A stretch of 64,000 nucleotides of DNA, taken from contig NC_092393.1 in NCBI RefSeq assembly GCF_030028105.1, forward strand, positions 36,309,248 to 36,373,247. The letters are read 5' to 3'. The notes under the pieces were generated by a model that was not told the DNA's origin, searched no databases, and worked only from the letters and a program-made list of their open reading frames with translations. The DNA is from Mobula birostris (lineage: Eukaryota). Within the stretch, counting starts at the first letter, position 1. Every line of letters starts with the position of its first letter. The translations under genes and the position numbers were made by a program. Positions 1-12,085 of the stretch are shown one piece after another.

Positions 1-401
1 AAGGATGTTGCTGGGACTTGAGAACCTGAGTTATAGGGAAAGTTGAACAGGTTAGGACTTGATTCCTTAGAGCTTAGGAGAAAGGGAGGAGATTTGTTAG
101 AGGTATACAAAATTATGAGCGGTATACATTGGGTAAATGCAAGCAGGCTTTTTCCACTGAGGTTTGGTGAAACTAGAACTAGAGGTCATGGGTTAAGGGT
201 GAAGGGTGAGATGTTTAAGGGGAAGTTGTGGATGCGGTGTCGATTTCAACACTTAAGAGAAATTTGGATAGGTACATAAATGGGAAGTACATGGAGAGTT
301 ATGATCCGGATGTCAGTCAATGGGACTATGTAGAATAATTGTTCCACATGGACTAGATGGGTCAAAGGGCCTGTTTTTGTGCTGTAGTGTTCTATGACTC
401 T
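1..401 (+). mobile_element. CR1 LINE, 3' end of ORF2 and 3' UTR (degenerate)
   Basis: ORF 43..279 RLGLDSLELRR.GGDLLEVYKIM...TRTRGHGLRV is the typical CR1 ORF2 C-terminus; ends in tgtgctgtagtgttctatgactct tail. Confidence 0.85.
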
Positions 402-874
402 GAAGCCTTGCACCTTCAATCAACAGGTAAGCTGAGGTAAGCATCTGGTGCTAAAATGCGTAACATTACAAAGGAGCAGCATCTCCAACTTGTCAATGAC
501 AGGTCAATTACATCATGCGGCCTTATTGAAATAACAAAAAGCCTTGTCTCTGAAAGCATTAAAAGTAGCCACAGGGTATTTGCCACAGATGCAGACAGCA
601 GACGCTCCATACCCCCAGGTTACTAACCATTTGGAATGGAACTGCTCACCAGCTCAGCTCTTCCCATCAGAGGATGCAACAGGACAAAAGTACACAAACA
701 GCAAACTTCACAACACACCAGGGGAAAATTCACCTATATTTAAAAGATTCCATAAAGCTCATTTACTGTCATTTTCAGTCTTCGTTCTCTAGAAAGGAGA
801 GCAGCAAGGTATCTGTTCCCAAGGTAGGATCCAAATAGACATAGGCAAGATGAGGTGCAGATGGATAAGGGTCA

Positions 875-1406
875 TGCAGACATCCCACCTCTCCCGGAAG
901 TTCCGGGAGTCTCCCGCATATTAATAGTGGCTTCCTGATGCCCACAAATTATATAAAATGTCCCAGAAATCAATTTTTTGAGAGAGAAAGCGAGCGAGCG
1001 CGAGAGAGAGCGAGCAAGTGTGAGAGAGAGAGAGAGAGAGCAAGCGCGTGCCATGGCAGAGTGTTCCAAAGAAGAAAATATAAAACATACGTCACCCCAG
1101 ACTACCCTAAAGTGTACCCCTGCCTAATAGGGGTCAAAAATAATGACAGTCTTGCTCGCTGCACTGTTTGCAACAGTGACTTTTCTATTGCCCATGGTGG
1201 GTTAAGACTGTAAAAGACATGTTGAGGTGAGTTTAACAGGTGTCATTCATTCATTAGCATAGCTAATGTTATTTAAACCAGCTGGCTAGCTGCTAAGGAG
1301 CTACTCTATTGCAGACATCCCACCTCTCCCGGAAGTTCCAGGAGTCTCCCGCAAATTGATGGAGCTACCTCCCTGAAATGAGTTTTTGCAGGGTGGGATG
1401 TCTGCA
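875..1406 (+). mobile_element. Non-autonomous hAT-like DNA transposon (deletion derivative) with an N-terminal zinc-finger remnant
   Basis: TIR tgcagacatcccacc / ggtgggatgtctgca; internal YPCLIGVKNNDSLARCTVCNSDFSIAHGG..KRHVE (hAT N-terminal C2H2/BED-like finger) followed by splice donor gag|gtgagt; left terminus repeated directly at ~1310-1352; sits in a CR1 3' UTR remnant; no clean TSD. Confidence 0.7.
979..1041. repeat. (GA)n/(GAGC)n microsatellite inside the hAT element
   Basis: gagagagaaagcgagcgagcgcgagagagagcgagc...gagagagagagag. Confidence 0.9.
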
Positions 1407-1531
1407 TATGGGGGTAAATTGGATGAGTATGGATAAGTACAATTGTTGACATGGGTGCAATGGACAGAAGAGGCTGTTTATCCACTGTATGTCTCAATGA
1501 ACAATATGTGGGGGGGGGGCGCAGGTGGAAT

Positions 1532-1703
1532 CTGAAAGACCAAGTTTCAAAATGTACACTTCTAACAGGAAACTCAACACATGTGTAATTGCACCTGTGT
1601 TCTGAAATAGCCATATGCTGAAAGACAAAGTTTCAAAATGTATACCTCTAACAGTAAACTCGTCACATATGTACTTGCACGTGTGTTCTGAAATAAACAT
1701 ACA
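1532..1703. repeat. Two-copy ~86-bp imperfect tandem duplication
   Basis: ctgaaagac.aagtttcaaaatgta...gtgttctgaaata starts at 1532 and again at 1618. Confidence 0.85.
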
Positions 1704-4700
1704 CTGTGGTGGGTGAGACCCCATCCTAGGCGCCAATGTTCTGGTATGCATAGTCCCTAAAGGTTAACTAGTATACATCAGATGCAACTTCCCTGCTATG
1801 GCTTAGATTACTCTTGGGATCTAACTCAGCCACTCTCCAGGGAGATGAATTAGTTGTGATTGAACCCTGCTTACTCATAGCTCCAGGAAAGCAGTTGGTA
1901 CTCACTGTTGTCACTGTAATACGAAGTATTTTATTCCCCTCTTTGCTATAAATTTAAAAATTAGCAATTTCAGTAGCAAAGTGATTGAGCTACAGTGCAT
2001 ACAATGCTAATACCACTGGTAAAACATCTATATCACAGCAGCTTACTTATTAATTCCTCTCATTATCTAAATGGCACACCACAGATCAAATTTTCCCAAC
2101 AGAATGCATCAGCTGCAAATTTAGTCACTGTATAGCACTGTAAATTAGTGGTGGTGGGTGGTAACAGGACAGAAGAATGGACTGAAATAAGTTGTGCCCT
2201 TCTACAAGACATTTTGAAAGTGCAGGAAGCTCCCATGACAGAGAGGTGAGAGCTCATCTAATGAGAGCAAACAGCGTTATTTGAACATCATTGCTAATTC
2301 TTAGCCTTTGGTTCTGATCAGCATGTCTATTGCAGTAATTTTTTAATGTAAAACATGGAGAAAGATTAAGTAGAGGTTATGAAGGATGCTTTATAAGTCT
2401 TGTGGGGTAATGTTATTTTTAATCATTTAGTGAGTTAAAAGGCTTCTGCCTCAGGTTCTTGCATATTTTGTTAACGTTATAGAGCTGTGAGATTTTTCTC
2501 AATCAAAGGGGTGTGCAAATTCTAAACGGTAAATCAATATGGCCTTTACCCAGTCGTGCAGAGTCGGCAGAGCAGCTTCGATTTCTGTTCTGAGTTAACA
2601 GTTCATCCTATCTGAATATCAAAAATATGGACTTTTGCAATTGACTCACTGATAGATAAATCCTTGCTTTGATGTAAAGATGATCGCCAAAGACCTTTAA
2701 AGCAATAAAATTAAACCAGGCACTAATAAGTGTATAAACACAGGGAAGAAAGGACTAACCAGATTTGTTGAAGATGGGCCGAGTTGTGGTGGGAGGAGGT
2801 TCATTCAGATTAAGATGTGATCTGGAGCCTGATGGCCCAAGCAGTTTGTTCCTGTGTAGTAGATACTATGTTTTCTGAGATCACTGGTAAGATATAAAAC
2901 CATAAGCCATCGGAACAGAATGGGGTAATTTGGCCCATTGAGTCTGCTACACCATTCCAACATGGCTGATGTATTATCCCTCTCAATCCCATTCTCCTGC
3001 CTTCTCCCCAAAACCTTTGATGCTCTGACTAATCAAGAACCTATCAACCTCTGCTTTAAATATACCCAATGACTTGGCCTCCACAGCCATCCACGAAGAT
3101 GAATTCCACAGATTCATCGCCCTCTAACTAAAGAAATTCCTTCCCGTTTCTGTTCTAAATGGACGTCCCTCTACTATGAATCTGTGTCCTACACTCCCCT
3201 GCCATAGGGAACATCCTCTCCACATCGACCCTGTCTTGGCCTTTCAATATTTCATAGGCTTCAATGAGATCCCTCCCCTTTATTTTAAACTCCTGCGAGC
3301 TATCAAACACTCTCCATAGGATTTATACCCAGAATCATCCTCTGGACCTCCTCTGGAAATGTCAGCACATATGTTCTTAGATAAGGGGCCCAAAGCAGCT
3401 CCAAATGTGGTCCGATCAATGTCTTATAAAGCCTCAGCATTACATACTTGATCTGACATATATTCTAGTCCTCTAAAAATGAATGCTAACATTGCATTTA
3501 CCTTCCTTACCACCAACTTAACCTGCAAGTTAACCTTTGGAGAATCCTGCTCAAGGACCCCCAAGTCCCTTTGCATCTTTGATTTCTGGATTTTCTACCT
3601 GTTTAGAAAATAGTCTATGCTTTTACTCCTTCTATTAAAGTGCACTTGTCTACATTTATTTCTATCTGCCACTTCTTTGCCCATACTCCCAATCTATCTT
3701 AGTCCTTCTGCATACTCTCTACTTCCTCAGCGCTACCTGGCCCTCCACTTATCGTCTGCAAGCTTGGCTACAAAGACATCAATTCTGTCATCCAAATTAT
3801 TGACATATCAAAAGTTGTCCCAAAACTGACCCCTGCAACATACTATTAGTTCCCAGCAGCCAGCTAGAATAGGCCTCCTTTATTCTGACTCTTTGCCTCC
3901 AGCCAATCAGCCAATCTTCTATCCATGTTAGAATCTTTCCTGTAACACCATGGGTTCTTATCTTGTTAAGCAGCCTCACGTGTGGCACCTTGTTACAAGC
4001 CTTCTGAAAACCCAAGTAAGCAATATCTACTGACTCTCTTCTGTCTATACTGCCTGTTATTTCCCCAAAAAATTACAACAGATTTGTCAGGCAAAATTTC
4101 CCCATAAGGAAACCGTGCCGACTTAGACATACTTTATCATGTACCTTTAAGTAGCCCGAACCTCATCCTTAATAGTGGACTCCAGCATCTTCACAACCAT
4201 TGAAGTCGGGCTAACTGGACTATAATTTCCTTTCTTCTGCCTCCAGAGCAATTTTCCAGTGCCCCGAAACCATTCCAGAATCTAGTGATTCTTGAAAGAT
4301 CATTACTAATGCCTCCACAATCTCTTCAGATACCTCTTTCAGAACCCTGGGGTGTAGTTCATCTGGCCCAGGTGATTTATCTACATTCAGATCTTTCAGT
4401 TTGCCAAGCACTTCTTAGTAATAGCAACTACACTTCACTTCTGCCCCCTGACTATCTCAAACTTCTGGCATACTGCAAGTGGCTTCCTCAGTGAAGACTG
4501 ACACAAATACTTATTAAGTTCGACTGCCATTTCTTTGTCCCCCATTACTTCCTCTCTAGGGTCTGATATCCACACTCACCTCTCTTTAACTCTTTAATTG
4601 TCTGAAAAAAATCTTCAGGTATCCTTTTTTATATTATTGGCTAGATTACCTTCATATTTCATCTTTTCTCTTATGGCTTTTTAAGTTGCCTTCTGATGGT

Positions 4701-4802
4701 CTTTAAAGGCTTCCCAATCCTCTAACTTCCCATTAATTTTTGCTTTCATGCAATCTTTGACTTCTCTTCTCAGCTACGGTTGCATCTTCCTCCTTTTAGA
4801 AC

Positions 4803-6665
4803 GAATGGTTGTCCATCATACTGGACGATACCAGTTCGACTTGTGCATTCTGTTTTGTGTTCGTGAGGAACTACTGAGTCTGAGTTGTGAGTGGACCCTT
4901 TGCTTCTTTGTCAGGAAGAAATTAGTACTGCTCGGCTTTTCTCCTTCAAGTTGTTGTGAGCAGTTCTAACCAATGTATGTCAGCCAATCCGGTCTTACGC
5001 ATTCTGTTCTAGCCATTTTAATAAAAGCCCAGCATGTGCTCTCACACAGTCTTTGAACCTGTACCTTGATTCCTATTGCCCAGCAAAAGCTCATCATATA
5101 GAAGCTGCCTGGGGATTTGGGAATCATTCATGTGTATGACACACTCTGTCCACTGATGCTATGCTTCTACAATCATGTCCTCAACACTCGTGGTCCCTGC
5201 CATGTCGAGGGCTTCCAGGTTTAGTCATAGTCATAGCCATAGTCATACTTTATTGATCTCGAGGGAAATTTGGTTTCGTTACAGTTGCACCAACCAAGAA
5301 CAGAGTATAAATATAACAATATAAAACTATAAATAATTAAATAGTAATATGTAAATTATGCCAGGAAATAAGCCCAGGACCAGCCTATTGCCTCAGGGTG
5401 TTTGACCCTCCAAGGGAGGAGTTGTAAAGTTTGATGGCCACAGGCAGGAATGACTTCCTATGACGCTCTGTGTTTCATCTCGGTGGAATGAGTCTCTGGC
5501 TGAATGTACTCCTGTGCCCAACCAGTACATTATGTAGTGGATGGGAGACATTGTCCAAGATGGCGTGCAACTTGGACAGCATCCTCTTTTCAGACACCAC
5601 CGTGAGAGAGTCCAGTTCCATCCCTATAGCATCACTGGCCTTGCGAATGAGTTTGTTGATTCTGTTGGTGTCTGCTACCCTCAGCCTGCTGCCCCAGCAC
5701 ACAATAGCAAACATGATAGCACTGGTCACCACAGACTCATAGAACATCCTCAGCATCGTCCGGCAGATGTTAAAGGACCTCAGTCTCCTCAGGAAATAGA
5801 GACGACTCTGACCCTTCTTGTAGACAGCCTCAGTGTTCTTTAACCAGTCCAGTTTATTGTCAATTCATAACCCCAGGTATTTGTAATCCTCCACCATGTC
5901 CACACTGACCCCCTGGATGGAAACAGGGGTCACTGGTGCCTTAGCCCTCCTCAGGTCCACCACCAGCTCCTTAGTCTTTTTCACATTAAGCTGCAGGTAA
6001 TTCTGCTCACACCATGTGACGAAGTTTCCTACCGTAGCAGGTTTGTGACTCAGACCTGCCAACAGATACTGAGGATTGACCTCACACTACACATATGGAA
6101 TCCTTCTAGTATTTTGAGGTGTCTTCTGTAAATGGTCCAGATTTCATATCCATACAGGAGACTGCTGAGGAGAACAGCTTTGTACACCTTCAGTTTTGAG
6201 GACAGGGAGATATTGTGCTGCAATCGTAGTCGACCAAGGCACTGGCCGGCCTTGCAAATCCTAGCGCAGACTTCTCTGTCCAGTGATTCTGGGGAGCTAC
6301 TTGAATTCTTCCACTGTTCTCAGTCTTGTTCCCTCAATAGTTATAGAGGGGGTTGTAGCAGCTGATCCAGGAGCAGGTTGAAATAGGACTTCTATCTTGC
6401 TTAGGCTGTCACTAAATCCAAAGATATGTGAGGCTTCAGCAAACTTGTTGACCATTAGTTAAAAGTCAGACTCAGTGTGTGCCCTCGGAGCGCAGTTGTT
6501 GGTGTACAGGGCTTCAAGGATGAATTTGTTGCTATCTTTGTTCAGGCACTCAGATGACACAGGTCGAGGAGTGATCCATCAAGTCCATACTTCAGGTAGA
6601 CACCACATTCAAGGTCTTTGATTGTGTGGTTCAGCACTTAAGTGTGCTTCTTCATCTTTGGCATC
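4803..6665 (-). mobile_element. RTE-clade LINE fragment nested in CR1 and split by a Rex1 insertion
   Basis: Minus-strand KLKVYKAVLLSSLLYGYEIWTIYRRHLK...ICWQ (6050-6200) continues as TNLEALDMAG...IPRQLLYDELLLG (5070-5220): RTE RT C-terminal region. Confidence 0.75.
5223..6037 (-). mobile_element. Rex1/Babar-clade LINE, 5'-truncated, copy 1
   Basis: QLNVKKTKELVVD, FYESVVTSAIMFAIVCWG, SHPLH motifs; (CTATGA)n tail; TSD caggttt at 5216-5222 and 6038-6044. Confidence 0.9.
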
Positions 6666-8761
6666 TATCTATCCTGCACCTTCCAAATTCCCCCTAGAAA
6701 CTACTGCTATTGTTGCTCTGCCATTATTCCTGCTCGTGTCCTGTAGAGATTAACTTTGCCCTCTGTAATTCACATTACTCCATTGTAATACTGATTCATC
6801 TGACTTTATGTTCTTCATCTCAAACTGCAAAGTGAATTCTATCATATTATGATCACTATCTCTTAAGGGTTCCTGTACCTTAAGCTTCCTAATAAAATCT
6901 GATTCATTATGCAATGCCAGTATTACCATTCCCCTAATAGGCTCAACTACAAGCTGCTTTAAAAACCCATCTCCTAGGCATTCTACAAATTCCCTCTCTT
7001 GGGATCAAGCAACAACCAGATTTTTCCCAATCTATCTGTGTATTGAAATCCCTATGACTATCATAACATTGCCCTTATTGCATGCCTTTTCTGTAATTTA
7101 TATCCTACATCCTGACTACCGTTCAGAGGCCTGTATATAACTGCCATCAGGGTCTTATTACCCTTGCAATGTCTTAACTCTACCCACAAGGATTCTACAT
7201 CTTCCAATCCTATGTCACCTCTTCCTAAGGATTTGATTTAATATTTTGCCAACAGACCTATCCCACCCCCTCTACCTATCTTCCTATCCATTTGATAAAA
7301 TGTGTGTCCTTGGATGTTAAACTCCTCACTGTGATGCTGTTTCAGCCACAACTCAGTGATGCCCTCAATGTCATACCTTCCAACCTCTTAACTGCACTCG
7401 GTTCATCTACCTTATTCTGTATACTGCGTGCATTCAAGTATAACACGTTCAGTCCTGTATTCATCACCCTTTTTGATTTTGCCCCCATGCCATCTCACTG
7501 ACTGCAATTATACCCTATCATCTGTCTGACCATCCTCACAGTCTCACTGCACAATGCATTGACATGTATACCAATTTACCCCATCCTCACTCCTATCTCT
7601 CCGGTTCCCATCCTCCTGCCAGGTTAGTTTAAATCCTGCCCAACAGCTCTAACAAGCTCGTCCACAAGGATATTGGTCCCCGTCGGATTCGGGTGTAACC
7701 GATCTTTTTTGCACAGGCCCTTTTTTCCCCAGAAGAGATCCCAGTGATCCAGAAAACTGAAAGCCTTCCCCTGCACCACTTCCTCAGCCACTCATTCATC
7801 TGTGCTATCACTCTATTCTTGTCCTGACTAGCATATGGTACTGGGAGTAATCCTGAGGTTACTACCTTCGAGGTCCTGCTCTTCAGCCTCTTCCCTAACT
7901 CCCTATACTCACTGCACAGGACCTCTTCCTCCTTTCTACTTTTGTCATTGGTGCCAATGTGCATCACAACCTCTAGCCCACCTTCACTCTTGAGAATCTT
8001 CTGCAGCTGCTCTGAGACATCCCAGACCCTAACTCATGGGAGGGAACACACCATCCTGGCATCTTTTTTTATGGCCGCAGAGTCTCCTAACCATCGTCCT
8101 AACTATCGAGTCTCCTTATCACTATCGCCCTGCCAGACTTTACCCTTCCCTGCTGAACCTCAGAGTTGGCCATAGTGCCACTGGCCTGGCTTTTGCTGTT
8201 GTACCCTAACAGGTCATTCCTGCTCCCAGTAGAATTCAACGGGGTGCACTTGTTGCTGAGGGGAATGGCCACAGTGAGACCCTGTGCTGACTGCTTACTC
8301 CCCTTAATTCTGCTGCTGGTCACCCATCTACTATCCCCTTTCTCAACCTCTCGGTCTCCATCTTTGGAGACAGACTGTCCACTGACATCTACAAGCCCAC
8401 TGACTCTCATAACTACCTTGACTATACCTCTTCCCACCCCGCCACATGCAAAAATGCCATTCCCTATTCCCAGTTCCTCCGTCTCTGCCACATCTGCTCC
8501 CAGGATGAGGTTTTCCGTTCCAGGACATCTCAAATGTCCACTTTCTTTAAGGATCGTGGTTTCCCTTCTGCCATCATCAATCATGCCCTCACCCGCATCT
8601 CCTCCATTTCCCGCACTTCGGACCTCACCCCATCCTCCCGCCACCACAACAGGAACAGAGTTCCACTTGTCCTCACTTGTTCCACCAGCCTCTGGATCCA
8701 GCACATTATCCTCCGCAACTTCCGCCACCTTCAACAGGACCCCACCACTAAGCACATCTTT

Positions 8762-8802
8762 CGATCAATAAAGTCGATCAATAAAGTATGACTACTACTA
8801 CT
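8762..8802 (+). mobile_element. 41-bp extreme 3' tail of a Rex1-like LINE inserted into the Penelope ORF
   Basis: gatcaataaagtatgacta matches the Rex1 3' ends at ~5240 and ~27295 (reverse complement); TSD atcttt at 8756-8761 and 8803-8808. Confidence 0.8.
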
Positions 8803-9572
8803 ATCTTTCCCTCTACACCCCTCTCCGCTTTCCGCAGGAACTGGTCCCTCCGCGACTCCCTGATCCACACGTCCCTCCCCACGGATCTCCCACCCGGCAC
8901 TTATCCCTGTAAGCGTAAGTGCTACATCTGTCCCTACACCTCCTCTCTTGCCACCATTCAGGGCTCCAAACAGTCCTTCCAGGTGAGGCAACACTTCACT
9001 TGTGAGTCTGTTGGGGTCATCTATTGCATCCGGTGCTCCCGGTGTGGCCTCCTGTACATTAGTGAAACCCGACGCAGATTGGGGGACCGCTTCGTCGAGC
9101 ACCTCCGCTCCGTCCGCCACAACAGACAGGATCTCTCGGTAGCCACCCACTTCAACTCTGCCTCACATTCCCATTTGGATATGCCCATATATGGCCTCCT
9201 CTACTGCCATGATGAAGCCAAACTCAGGTTGGAGGAGCAACACCTCATATACTGTCTAGGTAGTCTCCAGCCCCTTGGTATGAACATAGAATTCTCCAAC
9301 TTCCAGTAATTCCCTCCCCCTCCCTTCCTCTATCCCTATTTCACTCTGCCCCCTCCCCTAGCTGCCTATCACCTCCCTCATGGTTCCACCTCCTTCTACT
9401 ACCCATTGTGTTTTCCCCATTCCTTCTACACCTTTCCTGCCTATCCTCTCCCTGCTTCCCCTCCCCCACCCCTTTATCTTTCCCCTTACTGGTTTTTCAC
9501 CTGGAACCTACCAGCCTTCTCCTTCCCACCCTCCCCCCACCTTCTTTATAGAGCCTCTGCCCCTTCCCTCTA

Positions 9573-9610
9573 CAGTCCTGACGAAGGGTTCCGGCCCGAA
9601 ACGTTGACTG
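9573..9610 (+). ncRNA. Minimal type-I hammerhead ribozyme motif (Penelope-associated)
   Basis: CAGTC-CTGACGA-A-GGG(ttccgg)CCC-GAAA-CGTT-GACTG: stem I CAGTC/GACTG, CUGANGA box, stem II, GAAA box, palindromic AACGTT helix III, NUH site. Confidence 0.75.
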
Positions 9611-10296
9611 ATCATTTCTACGGATGCTGCCCGACCTGCTGAGTTCCTCCAGCGTGCTGTGAGTGTTGCTTTGACCTCAGCATCTGCAGAGTATTTTGTA
9701 TTTACTATCTGAAGCCAACACTCTGGTGAAAGTCTCATCGATGAAGTTTTCAGCCTCCTGGATGGTCCTGAGTGCGTTCAGCTCCAGCTCCAGCTCCATG
9801 ACATCGTTAATCAGGAACTGCAGTTGGGTGCACTGTCATCAGGGAGACTGTCAGATACCCTTGAGATCCCACATCTCACAGGAGGAGCATTCCACCTCCT
9901 GAACTACCATCCCGCCTACATTTGTTGTACCTCTAACTTCTCAAGCTTAAGTTCCAGCCTCAGCCTGTTCTTAAATAAGCCCGTCAAGCCAGACTATTGA
10001 CTCCAACAAAGGCTGCTCCGTTTACACCCCGCTTCTTTTTACTGGCCCCGATTGTTATGATTACAGCCCACTGAAAATTTCCAAAAGGTCCCAAGCTCTT
10101 TTTAAACCTTCCACGTAAAGACAACAAGGAGCTGTCTCCAACACACTCTGTGACCTCCCACCGCACAAGACAAGTCTCGACAGGTCCTGGTCACTTTTTA
10201 AACCTGGCACGTAAAGTCCACAAGGAACTGACGGCAACTCATAGGAGAGAGTTTTATCTGAGGAACTTTGAACTTTAATCCTCAGTTTCATCTGAG

Positions 10297-10590
10297 GATC
10301 AAAGTTCAAAGTAAATTTATTATCAAAGCCATATACGGTATGTCACCGTATACAACCCTGAGATTAATTTTCTTGTGGGTATTCACAGTAACTACAAGAA
10401 ACACAACAGAGTCAATGAAAGACTGTATCCAACAGGATGTACGAACAATCAATGTGCAAAAGACAACAAACTGCAAATACAAAAATAAAGAAGTATTAAT
10501 GATAATAGTAAATACATAAGCAATAAATACAGTATCGAGGGCATGAGATGAGGTGAGGCTATAGGTTGTGGGAACAGTTCAATGGATCAA
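10297..10590 (-). mobile_element. 3' end of a Rex1/L2-like LINE with (TTTGAAC)n tail
   Basis: aaagttcaaagtaaatttattatcaaag...; same sequence recurs at ~24640, ~26325, ~41135 and ~42143. Confidence 0.7.
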
Positions 10591-10689
10591 CGTTGTCTAT
10601 GACCCTGCCTGAGAAGTCACCAGATTTGGAAATCTTACTCTTTTTCATTCAAAAAGTAGCAGTGGGACTATGGAGGGATGCCCGGCCAC

Positions 10690-10940
10690 CCATTGCTGTA
10701 AGCAGACCCACATGTCCTTGGACTTTTCCGAGAAAGCCTGTGTGCGTAGGCTCCATTTCTCTGGGGAGGAAGTGACAGAGCTGTGCCATATGCTGCAGCC
10801 TGGCCATGAGCCGAACTCTGCACAACAGGCTCAGCAACACCGGTGGCCATGAAGGTCACTTCAGCCTTAACTTTGAGGTGTGAGGCTTACTCCAGGCATT
10901 CCGGATGACCAACCTGTGCTGAGGATGCCTTGTGTGCAAA
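10690..10940 (+). mobile_element. PIF/Harbinger (HARBI1-like) transposase remnant
   Basis: SLDFSEKACVRRLHFSGEEVTELCHMLQP, then frameshifted PVAMKVTSAL, resembles the Harbinger transposase N-terminus (RRLRFSK.TV..LC.LL...LPVAVKVTAAL). Confidence 0.55.
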
Positions 10941-11839
10941 CAGGAACCTCATGTTAATGGATAATCAGACCTGTGAGGCTGTGAATCAAGGCCAGCTGCT
11001 GAGCTATCCACAGATCCTGTTCTGCTTCCACGTTGGATTTGCTTATGCTCCATTTTTGGCTGTTTAATACAGATGAATTCATCCACAGGATGAATTTCAG
11101 TCTTTGTAAAAGCTGCAAGATTTGTTTTCTCCTATCGTGGCCTTTCAGCTGGAATTAACTTTATCCTGCTTTTTTTTTATTTCTACTGGGATTTTCCAGT
11201 CTTCCTTCTCCTGCCCCACACATACTTGGATTGCTTCATTCACAAGGTTAATGCTGTAAATAATTATGGAAATGATCTGACCACAGTAAATTGCACTTAG
11301 CTGGCATGCTCCACATGTGACTAGTTTTGTACTTTTTCTGGTTATTCTGTGCTGAACTTTGACAACCTACACTCTACGCTTTAGCATTTATGTAATTTAT
11401 TTTTAAATTGGAAGGGAACCATAAAACTGTTCTTCATCAGTGAAATTAAATCCACTTTGGGCACGAAATCCACTTCCCATTTAACTTTCAATTTCCTGCT
11501 GTGTAGAGAAACGAAGTCTGACCACTCAGGGAACTTTTCAGGGCATTGTCAAATATTATACATATAAGTCATTATTGCCAGAGAATGAAAGAAATTAAGA
11601 GCATATCTGATTTCTATATTAATATTTCATTTTGTATTTTTCTCTGCAATGTCAGAATGGGAATCAGATTTATTATCACTGACTTACATAATGTGAAGTT
11701 GTCATTTTGCAGCAGCACTGCAGTGCAAAGACATCAAATTGCTATAAATTGCAAAGATAAATAAATAATGCAAAAAAGGACTAAGTATACCTAGCCTGAA
11801 GAAGTTTAAATCTTCTCTTCGATGGGAGTTCAGTGAAAT

Positions 11840-12085
11840 TCCCTCTCACTGCTGCCCCTCTGTGATATCTGCTGCCCTCCAACTCTTCGACTTTTCCCGC
11901 CTACCTGGCTTTACCTATCACCTTCCAGCTAACCTCCTTCCCCTCCCCCCCCCCCCCAACCATTTTATTCTGGCATCTTTTTCCCTTTATTCTCAGTCTT
12001 GGTCCGAAATGCCAAACTATCTATTCATTTCCATAGTTGCTACCTGACCTGCTGAGATCCTCCAGCGTTTTGTAAGTGTTGCAGA
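11840..12085 (+). mobile_element. Penelope pseudo-LTR fragment inserted in a Rex1/L2-like remnant (~11650-12380)
   Basis: cacctatcaccttccagct...cctgacctgctgagatcctccagcgttttgt homologous to 9500-9670. Confidence 0.7.

Larger units (their letters stand above)
8336..9702 (+). mobile_element. Penelope-like element (RT thumb + GIY-YIG endonuclease + 3' pseudo-LTR with hammerhead), 5'-truncated
   Basis: YKPTDSHNYLDYTSSHP..CKNAIPYSQFLRL; GIY-YIG VIYCIRCSRCGLLYISETRRRLGDRFVEH (ORF 8788..9309); flanked by tactatc at 8329-8335 and 9703-9709. Confidence 0.9.
2897..10040 (-). mobile_element. Near full-length, decayed CR1 LINE (ORF1 esterase + ORF2 EN/RT) interrupted by RTE, Rex1 and Penelope insertions
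   Basis: 3' tail at 2897; RT pieces FQKACNKVPHVRLLNKIR..., DKSPGPDELHPRVLKE (3797-4411); endonuclease region ~6740-7450; ORF1 SGNH-esterase HIGTND...LLPVP (7629-7967); ORF1 N-terminal coiled-coil CTQLQFL..VMELELELNALR at ~9740-9880. Confidence 0.85.

Noticed and set aside
1532-1703. CRISPR-like or other prokaryotic array
   Set aside because: Only two contiguous copies with no spacers, in a vertebrate intronic context.
8099-9150. Long ORFs 8099..8755(-), 8166..8771(+) and 8731..9150(-) as novel proteins
   Set aside because: They are shadow or alternate frames of the GC-rich Penelope ORF.
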